Assembly (NCBI GenBank): GCA_963828165.1
Contig: CAWHDR010000001.1
Location: forward strand, 2,048,001-2,112,000
Reading direction: 5' to 3'
DNA: 64,000 bases
Source: an uncultured Chloroflexia bacterium
Lineage (GTDB): Bacteria; Chloroflexota; Limnocylindria; Limnocylindrales; CSP1-4
Shown: piece after piece, positions 50,456 through 59,342 of the stretch
How positions within the stretch are numbered: the stretch's first letter is position 1
How the letters are laid out: every line of letters starts with the position of its first letter
Made by a program: the position numbers and the translations under genes
The notes under the pieces: model-generated
Database searches by the model: none
What the model saw: only the letters and a program-made list of their open reading frames with translations
What the model was told of the DNA's origin: nothing

Positions 50456-50494
50456 ACATAAGAAGCCCCCGGCCCTCCCCAAAGGACCGGGGGC
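50456..50494 (-). terminator. Intrinsic terminator between convergent genes
   Basis: GCCCCCGG/CCGGGGGC stem followed by TTCTTATGT on the minus strand. Confidence 0.55.
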
Positions 50495-50509
50495 AGCTTC
50501 AGCGAACCG

Positions 50510-51853
50510 TCAGTCGACGGGCGCGAAGTAGTGCTTGTCTACCCACTGGGCGACCTTCTTGCCGAGCCATGCGCCCTGCTCGTCGGCGCTTCGGAAGTGG
50601 AAGCCGATGAGGATGCGGCCTTCGATGGCGTCTTTGATGATGCCGGTGAACCGCGTATAGCTCCGCGTCACCGGTTGTGGCAGCGGCGCGGCTCCGGCGC
50701 TCATGACCTGGAAGGACATCTTGTCGGTCCCGAAGTACTGCCTGGCGGCGTAGAACCAGCCGGCAGCGAAGCAATTGAAGCCGGACGGATTGTCCGGGTA
50801 TCCCGGGTTCTGGAACTGGGCGGTCCAAGTGGGGTCCGCCACCGTGTCCGGATTACCGTCCTGGTCCGCCAGGCGGATAGCCGTCTGCGGTCGCCACTGC
50901 AACCAGCGTTCCTTGTTGTCCCAGCAGCCGATCAGGGCGTCGGCCGCCGATATGCTCGACCTGACGAATAGCATCGCCTGCTCGGCAGTCGATAGGCCGT
51001 TCGCCACGGCGATCTCGCGCAAGGTTCGATTGAAGGCCGAGAACAGATTGAAGGAGACGAAGCTGGCGAGACGGTTCTGCTCGTCGGTGCGGGCGCCTGG
51101 GACCGCGTTCGATCCCAGCCGCTTCACTTCGTTGAATTCCGCCGCCCACTCGGGGCTTGCCAGGTCATATGGCCCCTCCGTGCGGTACTGACCCGTGCTC
51201 TTCAGCGTGAACGGACGGACGTTGGCGACCCAGGCGAACACGTTCGCATTGGCGGTCTCGACCGGGCGCCATTCGCCCTTGAGCGTGCCGATCGGCCAGG
51301 TCGCTGAGCCCTGGAAGCGGCCGTCAGTGGAGCGATTCCCGTTCATGGCGGTCGCGGCTGCCCGGCCGATCGCGATTCCCTGCGTCTTGGCCGTGCCCGC
51401 GGGGATGTCGAGCATGTAGAGCCGATACTGCTCAGCCACGTTTGCCCGCATGGCTTCGGGGGCGTTCGGTGGGAGTGGTGGAAGGCCCAGGAGCACGTCA
51501 TGGGCAGCCGTGGCGACGGCGGCGGCCATCGAGGCGCCAGGCGTCGAGGGCAGGCCGCCTAGATATGGCCGGTGCCCGCCGTCGATGGCATTGACCGCGT
51601 CATAGACGGCCCCTTGCACCATCGCCAGGTGGATCACGGCGAGCGGAGGCGGCTGGCCGAGGCCGGGGATCGCATTGCTCGGCGGGTTGCCGATGGCGTT
51701 GACCGCGTTGATGTTCCAGTCGAGCACCGGGTTCGCCTGCTCGGCTGCTGCCACGGACGCGGCCGGGACCAACCCGGCGACCGCGATCATGACGACCGCG
51801 GTGACACTCGCGAACCATCGCTTGGCCCTTGATCGGTGACGTGATCGGACCAT
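50510..51853 (-). CDS. Secreted vanadium haloperoxidase/PAP2-superfamily protein
   Basis: AVYDAVN, K-x6-RP (KERWLQWRP), PSGF, RILIGFHF. Confidence 0.85.
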   Translation of the reverse strand: MVRSRHRSRAKRWFASVTAVVMIAVAGLVPAASVAAAEQANPVLDWNINAVNAIGNPPSNAIPGLGQPPPLAVIHLAMVQGAVYDAVNAIDGGHRPYLGGLPSTPGASMAAAVATAAHDVLLGLPPLPPNAPEAMRANVAEQYRLYMLDIPAGTAKTQGIAIGRAAATAMNGNRSTDGRFQGSATWPIGTLKGEWRPVETANANVFAWVANVRPFTLKSTGQYRTEGPYDLASPEWAAEFNEVKRLGSNAVPGARTDEQNRLASFVSFNLFSAFNRTLREIAVANGLSTAEQAMLFVRSSISAADALIGCWDNKERWLQWRPQTAIRLADQDGNPDTVADPTWTAQFQNPGYPDNPSGFNCFAAGWFYAARQYFGTDKMSFQVMSAGAAPLPQPVTRSYTRFTGIIKDAIEGRILIGFHFRSADEQGAWLGKKVAQWVDKHYFAPVD

Positions 51854-51995
51854 GACGTCCCTCCTTGCAGGGATCGGGCACAGGGGTCCTATGGCCGCTG
51901 TCGTTCGGTCCCTCGATGTAACGGCGTCCGGGAGGGCCGATTCGGTTCATTCTTTCCCCGTCACTGTCCGATTGCCGACACGAAGTGAGGGCACG

Positions 51996-52370
51996 ATGGC
52001 GAAGCTGGTGCCGTTCGACGACCTGGAGCACGGTCCGCATGCCCACGAATTCGTGGGCGCCGAGCACGGCGAGGTCCCGTTCTCGGTCATCCTCGTGCAC
52101 TCGCGGCCGGGCGTCGGCCCCAAGCTCCATCGACACCCGTACCCGGAGGTCTTCGTCGTCGAATCCGGCCAGGCCACATTCCAGATCGGCGAGGAGACCG
52201 TGGTCGTCGACGGCCGCCACATCGTCGTCAGCCCGCCGGGCGAGGCGCACGGGTTCACGAACACTGGGACGGACGAGTTGCGACTCACGGCCATCCATGG
52301 CGCGGGGCGGTTCGCCACGGAGTGGCTGGCCGGCCCGGATCCCACGTGGACCTCCAAACCCAACGACTGA
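51996..52370 (+). CDS. Cupin domain protein
   Basis: GPKLHRHPYPE, PPGEAHGF.N. Confidence 0.88.
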   Translation: MAKLVPFDDLEHGPHAHEFVGAEHGEVPFSVILVHSRPGVGPKLHRHPYPEVFVVESGQATFQIGEETVVVDGRHIVVSPPGEAHGFTNTGTDELRLTAIHGAGRFATEWLAGPDPTWTSKPND

Positions 52371-52400
52371 CTTGCAATGTGCAAGTGACGAGCGTAGGTT
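52370..52400 (+). promoter_or_regulatory. Promoter TTGCAA-N17-TAGGTT with palindromic operator
   Basis: ACTTGCA-ATG-TGCAAGT overlaps the -35. Confidence 0.6.
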
Positions 52401-52428
52401 GGGGCACACAAGGAGACCACTACCCCAC

Positions 52429-52812
52429 ATGAACGACCAGATCCTCCACTCCCTCGCCCGCGGCCACCGCATCGACATCACCACCACCGGCCGCAAGACC
52501 GGCGAACGGCGTCGCATCGAGATCGTCTTCCACAACATCGACGGCCGGCTGATCATCACCGGCACACCGCGGTCGGATCGAAAGCGCGCCTGGCTGCTCA
52601 ACCTCGAGTCGGACCCGCACCTCACCTTCCATCTCAAGCGCGCCAGCGCCCAGGCGGACCTCCCGGCCACGGCCCGCGTCATCACCGACCCGACGGAGCG
52701 CCGCTCCATCGCCGACTGGGTCGTGGCGAATGCCTGGAACGGGATGGACGTCGACGCGATGGCGGCATACTCACCGATGATCGAGGTCACGATCCAGGAC
52801 CTCGCCGCCTGA
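52429..52812 (+). CDS. Deazaflavin-dependent nitroreductase/quinone reductase family
   Basis: ITTTGRKTG..R, W..NL...P; AAGGAG RBS. Confidence 0.88.
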   Translation: MNDQILHSLARGHRIDITTTGRKTGERRRIEIVFHNIDGRLIITGTPRSDRKRAWLLNLESDPHLTFHLKRASAQADLPATARVITDPTERRSIADWVVANAWNGMDVDAMAAYSPMIEVTIQDLAA

Positions 52813-52822
52813 GGTCATCGCG

Positions 52823-53311
52823 TTGTCCTATCCCGAGCCGCGCTACCACGGCGACAACGGAGAAGCCAGCGCCCGACTCCGGCTGGCCGACCAGGCGCCG
52901 GACGTGACCTACGCCAACGGAGGGACGGCGCACTTCCTCGCTACGACCGACTCGACCGACGGCCAATTCGGCCTGTATCGATGGGAGATGTCCGCCGAGC
53001 CAAGCGGCCCTGGCCCGCACTTCCACAGGACGATCTCGGAGTCGTTTTACGTCCTCTCTGGCACGGTCCGGCTCTTCGACGGCAACGACTGGATCGACGG
53101 AACGCCGGGTGACTTCCTGTTCGTACCCGAAGGGGGCATCCATGGCTTTCGCAACGAGTCAGGCGAGCCGGCGACGATGCTGTTGCTCTTCGCCCCGGGT
53201 GCCCCGCGCGAGGACTACTTCGAGACGCTCGCCCGGGTCTCGAATGGCGAGGTGATGACGGAGGAGGAACGGCTGGCGTTCTACCTCCGCCACGACAATC
53301 ACTGGGTCTGA
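52823..53311 (+). CDS. Cupin domain protein
   Basis: PHFHRTISESFYVL.G, VPEGGIHGF.N, REDYF. Confidence 0.9.
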   Translation: MSYPEPRYHGDNGEASARLRLADQAPDVTYANGGTAHFLATTDSTDGQFGLYRWEMSAEPSGPGPHFHRTISESFYVLSGTVRLFDGNDWIDGTPGDFLFVPEGGIHGFRNESGEPATMLLLFAPGAPREDYFETLARVSNGEVMTEEERLAFYLRHDNHWV

Positions 53312-54237
53312 GGCCGGGCCTCGCGTAGCTGCTCCATGATCGGGTGGAACGCCTCCAGGCCCTGAAGAGAATTCGGGCGCAGCTGGACCTGGAGATGGTC
53401 GAGGCCGAGATCGGCGAACGCCCGGAGCTTCGAGGCGATCTCCTCAGGGTCGCCGCGGATCTCCTTCGCCTCGGCGGCGATGTCCGCCGCGACCGTCCGG
53501 ACCAACACCTCCATCGACCTTGTGAGCGTGGCTGGATCCCGCCCCGCCGCGCGACAGATCTCGTCCATCTCCTCGAGCATCTCGGGCAGCTCGTCGAGGC
53601 TCCGCATGCCGCCGTTCCAATGATCCGCCATCTCGGCCGTCAGGCGGAGCATCCGCGGGCCGTTCGCGCCGACCATGACCGGCAGGCCGCTCGGACGCGG
53701 GCCGCGCGGCTCAATTCGCGCGCTGCGGGTCTGGATCGTCGAACCGTCGTAGGTCGATGAGCCGTGGCGGAGCATGTCGGTGACGATTCGTAGGGCATCC
53801 TCGAACCGTCGGAATCGGTCGTCGAACGGAACGCCGTAGCTCGTGTATTCGGGCTCGTTCCAGCCCGCTCCGAGACCCAGGATGATGCGGCCGCCGCTGA
53901 CTTCGTCGAGCGTCTCGGCCATCTTGGCGAGCAGCGCCGGGTTTCGGAACGAGACCGCGAGGACGTAATTGCCGAGCGCGACGCGCTCTGTGGACGCCGC
54001 CAGCGCCGACAGGAGCGTCCACGACTCCCAGGCGCCGCTCCACTTCCCGGCCGGATTCCCGAACCCGATGTGGTCAGAGATCCAAACGGCATCAAAGCCC
54101 ATCGACTCTGCCGCCTGGGCCATCGCCAGGACATCGGACCAGCGCGGCGTCTGCCCGTCCATCGCCCCCTCGACGTAGGGCAGGTTGACCCCGAGCTCGA
54201 TGGGTCGATGAGGACGACGTGTGGCACTGGCCGACAT
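53299..54237 (-). CDS. LLM-class oxidoreductase
   Basis: WISDH, RNPALLAK, GRIILGLGAGWN..EY, GPRM. Confidence 0.9.
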   Translation of the reverse strand: MSASATRRPHRPIELGVNLPYVEGAMDGQTPRWSDVLAMAQAAESMGFDAVWISDHIGFGNPAGKWSGAWESWTLLSALAASTERVALGNYVLAVSFRNPALLAKMAETLDEVSGGRIILGLGAGWNEPEYTSYGVPFDDRFRRFEDALRIVTDMLRHGSSTYDGSTIQTRSARIEPRGPRPSGLPVMVGANGPRMLRLTAEMADHWNGGMRSLDELPEMLEEMDEICRAAGRDPATLTRSMEVLVRTVAADIAAEAKEIRGDPEEIASKLRAFADLGLDHLQVQLRPNSLQGLEAFHPIMEQLREARPQTQ

Positions 54238-54362
54238 GTCGGCCACCGTAGCAGCCCGCGCGCGGGACCGGACCATCGACTCATCGGCTCGTCTCAGCGA
54301 TGCCGACGCCCGCGCGGTGGCATGATGCCGGTCAAGGACTTGTCTCGCGGGAAAGGACTCGC

Positions 54363-54731
54363 TTGGCCCCACCGACCACCGTCGACGAGTACATGGCGGC
54401 CTTGCTTCCTGAACGTCGGGCCGCCATGGAGCTCCTCCGATCCACGATCAAGGCCGCCGTCCCCGAGGCGATCGAGGTCATCTCCTACAACATGCCGGCC
54501 TTCAAGAGCCACGGCGGCCAGTTCCTCGTCTCTTACGACGCGTACAAGAAGCACTACAGCCTCTTCCCGGCGAGCGAGGCGGTCATCCTGGCGTGCGGCG
54601 ACGAACTGACGCCACACCTGTTCGGGAGCGGGACGATCCGCTTTCCGGCCGACAAGCCGATCCCCGTCGCGCTCGTGACGAAGATTCTCAACGTCCGTTG
54701 GGCGGAGAACGCCGCAGCCGAGCGGCGCTAG
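54363..54731 (+). CDS. DUF1801 protein
   Basis: TVDEY, ISYNMP, KKHYSLFP, GTIRFP. Confidence 0.87.
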   Translation: MAPPTTVDEYMAALLPERRAAMELLRSTIKAAVPEAIEVISYNMPAFKSHGGQFLVSYDAYKKHYSLFPASEAVILACGDELTPHLFGSGTIRFPADKPIPVALVTKILNVRWAENAAAERR

Positions 54732-54738
54732 GCGCTGG

Positions 54739-55395
54739 TCAGAAGTCCTCGCTGGCGTAGTCGAGGTCGTCGGGTCCGAGGATGTCCCGATAGAGGACGC
54801 TGCGAGGATCGTCGCTGACCCCGAGCCCGTAGTAGAGGATGCCGAGGTTCTTCGTCACCATCTTGCGGAGGCGCTGGCTCCGTCGCTCCTCGGTCGCGAA
54901 GCCGTCCTCCATGCGGGCGGACGAGACGATCGCGAGCGTGCCGCCGGAACGCAGGCCGTAGGCATATCCCCAGGTATTGGCGGCGATATACATGTCGATG
55001 TCGGTCAGGCCGATGACGACGGCGTTCGGATCGGCTGCGACCACGTCGGTGGCGGCGATCGCGTCGAGCAGGCGTTCCGCGATGAGCTGGTCGCGTTGCG
55101 CGTCCATCGCTCCCGCGGGAATGCTGATGGACGGCAGGACCTCGACGGCCAGGTCGAACTTCTCGAGGTAGTGGACGACGAGGGCATCGGCATCGGCACG
55201 CGGGAAGTCGCCGAAAGGCGCCAGGTAGACCGCGCGCTCGACCGGCGGACTCGGGACGCCGATCGGTGACGCCGGGCCGATGGCGATGTCGTCGGGTGCC
55301 GGTCGAGGACCGACGCTGCCGAGCATGACCACGTACCCGACGAGCACGACGATGGCGAAGAGCGCCACGGCCAATTCGGCTCGATAGTTCGCCAT
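54739..55395 (-). CDS. Archaemetzincin (M54)-like membrane-anchored protein lacking zinc ligands
   Basis: R.Q..A..LL, GLT..D.Y, A.VS.AR, then R..KMVTKNLGILYYGL where M54 has HExGH. Confidence 0.7.
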   Translation of the reverse strand: MANYRAELAVALFAIVVLVGYVVMLGSVGPRPAPDDIAIGPASPIGVPSPPVERAVYLAPFGDFPRADADALVVHYLEKFDLAVEVLPSISIPAGAMDAQRDQLIAERLLDAIAATDVVAADPNAVVIGLTDIDMYIAANTWGYAYGLRSGGTLAIVSSARMEDGFATEERRSQRLRKMVTKNLGILYYGLGVSDDPRSVLYRDILGPDDLDYASEDF

Positions 55396-55489
55396 TCGCT
55401 CGATGGTACCGGCTCGTCTCGGAGTCGCCGACCGCCCGAATGTCAGGGGTTGACGTCACACACTGTGTGTCGCACACTGTACGGCAGAC

Positions 55490-55855
55490 ATGACAACGAC
55501 CGACCCCAAGCCAGAAGCCGGCGACGTCGCGTTCGAGAACCTGCGTCTCGAGCTGCGCCGCGGCGCCCTCGTCCTCGCTGTGCTGGCACGGCTTCGGACG
55601 GAGCACTACGGCTATGCGCTGCGAAAGGCATTGACGGAGCAGGGGATGGACATCGACGAGAACACCCTTTACCCGCTGTTGCGCCGGCTGGAGACGCAGG
55701 GTCTCCTGGACAGCGAGTGGCGTGAGGAAGACCGGCGCCCGAAGCGCTTCTACCGACTCTCGGCGGACGGCAAGACGACCTTGGAAAGGCTCCTCGAGCA
55801 GTGGGCCGACCTCGACGCCTCGCTCCGCCGCATCAACACCGAGGACCCGACATGA
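55490..55855 (+). CDS. PadR family regulator
   Basis: YGY.L, TLYPLLRRLE, RPKRFYRLS. Confidence 0.93.
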   Translation: MTTTDPKPEAGDVAFENLRLELRRGALVLAVLARLRTEHYGYALRKALTEQGMDIDENTLYPLLRRLETQGLLDSEWREEDRRPKRFYRLSADGKTTLERLLEQWADLDASLRRINTEDPT

Positions 55856-56874
55856 CCCCGATCGTTCGCTACCTGAATGCCGTCCGCGACCACCTCCCGC
55901 GGGGGGAACAGGACGACATCATCAACGAGCTGTCGGACAACCTTCGCTCGCGATTCGAGGACGAGGAAGCCGCCCGAGGCCGGCCGCTGCAGGAGGAAGA
56001 GGAAGTGGCGATCCTCAAGGAATTCGGGCACCCGATGGCCGTCGCGGCGCGCTACCGCGGCGATGAGCGCACGGTCACGTTCGGGCGCCGTCTGATCGGC
56101 CCGGAGCTCTTCTCGATCTACATGAAGGTGCTGGCCATCAACGTGGCCGTCACCCTGCTCATCGGCATGATCGCGCTGGTGGCGGGCGCCACGCTCTGGT
56201 CCGGCTTTGCCGGCATCCTCGTGCCCCTCGCGATCCAGTTCATGATCGTGACCGCGATCTTCGTGTGGATCGATCGACGCTGGGTGCGCGATCCCGATGG
56301 CTGGGACCCACGGACGGTGAACGCGATGGGCCCCGACATCGACGTCTCGACCCTCGATGGTCTTGCCGTCCAGTTGCTCGGGAAGGAGTACACGCGCTCC
56401 GTGTCCGTGGCGGCGTCCGTCCTGGAGATCGGTGTGCTCGCGATCGTGTTGACCGTGGCCGTGAACATCGGCTTGCCGGACCAGATCGGGTTCATGGAGC
56501 CCGGGCCGGGATGGAGCGCCGTCTACGTGCCGGCGATCGCGGTGATCGTGCTCGCGTTCCTGACACCCATCGTGAACATCATCCGCCCGCGGTGGACGCG
56601 GTTCCGGGTCGCGTCGCACGCTGCGGTCGACTTCGCGGTGATCATCATCGGCACCGCATCGCTGATGCTGGGGGATTGGGTCGTCATGGCCGACGGGGCG
56701 TTCCCCACGGGCGAAGAGGCGAACCTCATCTCGACCATCAACGCCATCGTCCGGATCTCGATCGCGGCGACGATCGTCCTCACCTCGATCACCGCCGCAC
56801 TCGAGGTGCGGCGGTTCGTGCGGATGGGACGGGCGGTCGAGCCTCCCGCTACGCAGGCCCCATCGGGCTCATGA
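55852..56874 (+). CDS. Membrane protein with HAAS-like N-terminal domain
   Basis: RYL..V...LP...DDI..EL...FGHP...A..Y followed by about 6 TM helices; ATGA coupling to padR. Confidence 0.8.
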   Translation: MTPIVRYLNAVRDHLPRGEQDDIINELSDNLRSRFEDEEAARGRPLQEEEEVAILKEFGHPMAVAARYRGDERTVTFGRRLIGPELFSIYMKVLAINVAVTLLIGMIALVAGATLWSGFAGILVPLAIQFMIVTAIFVWIDRRWVRDPDGWDPRTVNAMGPDIDVSTLDGLAVQLLGKEYTRSVSVAASVLEIGVLAIVLTVAVNIGLPDQIGFMEPGPGWSAVYVPAIAVIVLAFLTPIVNIIRPRWTRFRVASHAAVDFAVIIIGTASLMLGDWVVMADGAFPTGEEANLISTINAIVRISIAATIVLTSITAALEVRRFVRMGRAVEPPATQAPSGS

Positions 56875-57208
56875 GCTGGAAGTAGTTGTCGTCCGGATCG
56901 GCGAGCGTCGCGATCTGGTCGACCGCGCCTTCGAAACCGTACGGTTCCGCGACGACGATCGCGCCGGCGGCCTTGAACTTGACGAAGTCACCCTGCACGT
57001 CGGCGGTCTCGATGTTCCAGAGGATCCGCCCCGGCGCAGCGTTCTTGCCCTTGACCTGGTCGTGCGGGCCGACGGTGACCCAGCCCGTGCCGAGCTGCCA
57101 GCCGGTGTACCCGCCGTCGGACATCGCCGGCTCACCGAAGAGCTTCGTGTAGTACTCGACCAGGCGCGCCGGGTCCTCGGACCCGATGAGGATGCTGTTC
57201 AAGTTCAT
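56849..57208 (-). CDS. VOC/glyoxalase family protein
   Basis: GGAGG RBS; ATLADPDDNYFQL. Confidence 0.87.
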   Translation of the reverse strand: MNLNSILIGSEDPARLVEYYTKLFGEPAMSDGGYTGWQLGTGWVTVGPHDQVKGKNAAPGRILWNIETADVQGDFVKFKAAGAIVVAEPYGFEGAVDQIATLADPDDNYFQLMSPMGPA

Positions 57209-57323
57209 GTGGCCTCCCAAGTCCGATCTAATCCTGACACGCCCAAGGATGACCCAATGCGGGAATGCGTGCGTCGCTCTCGAGTGACCGAAAACGCCCC
57301 GACGCGCGCAGATACCGTGGCCG

Positions 57324-58247
57324 TCAGCTGGCCGGCAACAGGCCCCGGACGACATCGACCGCGTCGTCCATCGAGCCGGACAGCACGACCGACCCAGTGC
57401 CGCCGACTTCGTGGGCGCGCCGCCCTCCAACGGCGACGGCTAACCGTCTCGGGGATGTGCGCAGCGCGGTGACCACTTCCGTCGCCGCCGGCACGTCGGA
57501 TGCATCGATGACCCCGACCACAGCCACCGGTGCGCGTGTCGTCTGGGCGGCAACGAGCCAGCTCGCCAGCGGGACGTCGGCGCCGAGGTAGATGGTCTCG
57601 AGGCGCCCGCGACGGGCGGCTATCGCGAATGCGAGGGCACCGATCTCGTGGTGGCAGCCGGGCGGCAGGCCGACGATCACTTGCGGCGCGGACGAGGACA
57701 CCACCAATTCGTAGAACCGGACCAGCCGCCGTCGGATCGTCTCGCTGGCCGCGTGCTCCATCGACACATCGATCGATCCCTCGGACCAACCCTCGCCGAC
57801 GCGTCGGAGGGCGGGGAACACGATGTCCTCGAGGGCCGCCTCGAATCGCTGTGCCGCGAACGCCTCGTCCAATAGGCGATCCATCTTCGCGACGTCGAGG
57901 GCGCTGGCAGCCGTGACGAAGGCGTTGACCAACTCACCGCTCCGGGTCGGCGTCGAGATCGTGATTTCGGGAATGGCCGTAGCGTCAGGTGCCGCGGTTG
58001 CTCGGTCGATCAGCGCCGCGAGCTCAGCACCGCCGGCGCGGACCTGATCTGCGGCCTGGCTGGGCCGAAGTCCTTGTCGCTCGACGAGGTGGCGCATCGC
58101 GATCAGTCGATCGATCGCCGCGTCGTCGTACAGCCGGTAGCCCGCCGGGGTTCGCGCCGGGTCCACGACGCCATAGCGGCGCTCCCACGCGCGGACAGTC
58201 GGCACGTTCAGCCCGCTGCGGGCGGCGGCTTGCTTGATGGTGTACAT
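57324..58247 (-). CDS. CarH/LitR-type MerR regulator with B12-binding domain (copy 2)
   Basis: MYTIKQAA, RAWERRYG, W-x9-EH (WSEGSIDVSMEH), HHEIG, YLGADVP. Confidence 0.9.
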   Translation of the reverse strand: MYTIKQAAARSGLNVPTVRAWERRYGVVDPARTPAGYRLYDDAAIDRLIAMRHLVERQGLRPSQAADQVRAGGAELAALIDRATAAPDATAIPEITISTPTRSGELVNAFVTAASALDVAKMDRLLDEAFAAQRFEAALEDIVFPALRRVGEGWSEGSIDVSMEHAASETIRRRLVRFYELVVSSSAPQVIVGLPPGCHHEIGALAFAIAARRGRLETIYLGADVPLASWLVAAQTTRAPVAVVGVIDASDVPAATEVVTALRTSPRRLAVAVGGRRAHEVGGTGSVVLSGSMDDAVDVVRGLLPAS

Positions 58248-58270
58248 GGTTTGCGTAGAGTAACACGTCA

Positions 58271-58335
58271 CAGACATTTGACAAAGGTTCCACATTGCCC
58301 GTAAAGTGGTAGCCACCCTAGACAAAGGGTGCACA
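58271..58335 (+). promoter_or_regulatory. Sigma70 promoter TTGACA-N18-TAAAGT with CarH-like TnnACA repeats
   Basis: TTGACA 58278 / TCCACA 58289 and TAGACA 58319 / TGCACA 58330 (11-bp pairs); TAAAGT at 58302. Confidence 0.72.
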
Positions 58336-58401
58336 TCCGCTCCGCCCCGCTCGCCGGCAGCCGCAGGCGGCCAGAGCCCAAGCACCAGAGGAGACACATC
58401 G

Positions 58402-59280
58402 ATGAACCGACGGATCCACCCCGTACTCCGCGTCCTCGCGGCCGGAATCCTCACCCTCTCATTCGCGGGAACCGCCACTGCGGCTGACACGGCTATGGTC
58501 CGCGTCCTGCACGGGTCGCCAGACGCCCCCGCGGTCGACGTTCACGTCGACGACGCCATCGTGGACGCACTCACCAACGTGCCGTTCGGGACGATCTCCG
58601 ACTACCTGGAGATCCCGGCCGGGGAGCACAACGTCAAGGTCTTCGCCACCGGCACGACTGACAGCCCGGTCATCGACGCCGAAGTCACCGTCGCGGCGGG
58701 CGCCAAGTACACGATCGCCGCCACCGGCGCGGTCGCCTCCATCACCGCCCAGGTCCTGGAGGACGAGCCCGAACCGAATTGCGACAACGCCTCGGTTCGC
58801 GTCGTCCATTTCAGCGCCGACGCTCCGGCCATCGATGTGGCGGCCACCGGTTCGGATCCGGCCGATGCCGTGGTCAAGAACCTCGAGTATCCAAACGCCA
58901 CCGCCTACGTCGCCCTTCAGGCAGGCTCCTATGACCTCGAGGTCCGCCTCGCGGGGACGACGACCGTCGCGCTCGATCTTCCGGGTGTCGAAGTCGAGTC
59001 GTGCAATGCGTACAGCGCCTTCGCAATCGGCTCCGCCGCCTCGCCGGCGGTCGGCGACAATGCCCTCCGGGTCGTCGTGGCGGTCGATGCGACCACGTCC
59101 GAATCGGGCGCCGGCATGACGCCACCTCCGACCGACACGGTCGCGCCCGAAGCCTCGATGACGGCCGAAACCGCCGGCTCGGCGGCCGCCGTGGCGCTGC
59201 TAGCGGTCGTCGGCCTCGCCACCTCCGCGCTGACCGCACGGCGTCTCGCCGCCAGCCGCTCGGCACACGACGAAGAATAG
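58402..59280 (+). CDS. DUF4397 domain surface protein
   Basis: VRVLHGSPDAPAVDV and VRVVHFSADAPAIDV repeats; signal peptide; C-terminal PPTD + TM + RR. Confidence 0.9.
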   Translation: MNRRIHPVLRVLAAGILTLSFAGTATAADTAMVRVLHGSPDAPAVDVHVDDAIVDALTNVPFGTISDYLEIPAGEHNVKVFATGTTDSPVIDAEVTVAAGAKYTIAATGAVASITAQVLEDEPEPNCDNASVRVVHFSADAPAIDVAATGSDPADAVVKNLEYPNATAYVALQAGSYDLEVRLAGTTTVALDLPGVEVESCNAYSAFAIGSAASPAVGDNALRVVVAVDATTSESGAGMTPPPTDTVAPEASMTAETAGSAAAVALLAVVGLATSALTARRLAASRSAHDEE

Positions 59281-59342
59281 TCGTTGGCCTGCAGCGGACC
59301 CGACTGATCTCTTTCGGCCGGGTCCGCGCATCCCTTGGCACG

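Noticed and set aside
1273-50494. Similar CCCGG...CCGGG hairpins at 1273, 15921, 36692 and 50465 as a REP/MITE family
   Set aside because: Loops and flanks differ, and each follows a minus-strand gene with a T-rich tail, so intrinsic terminators explain them.
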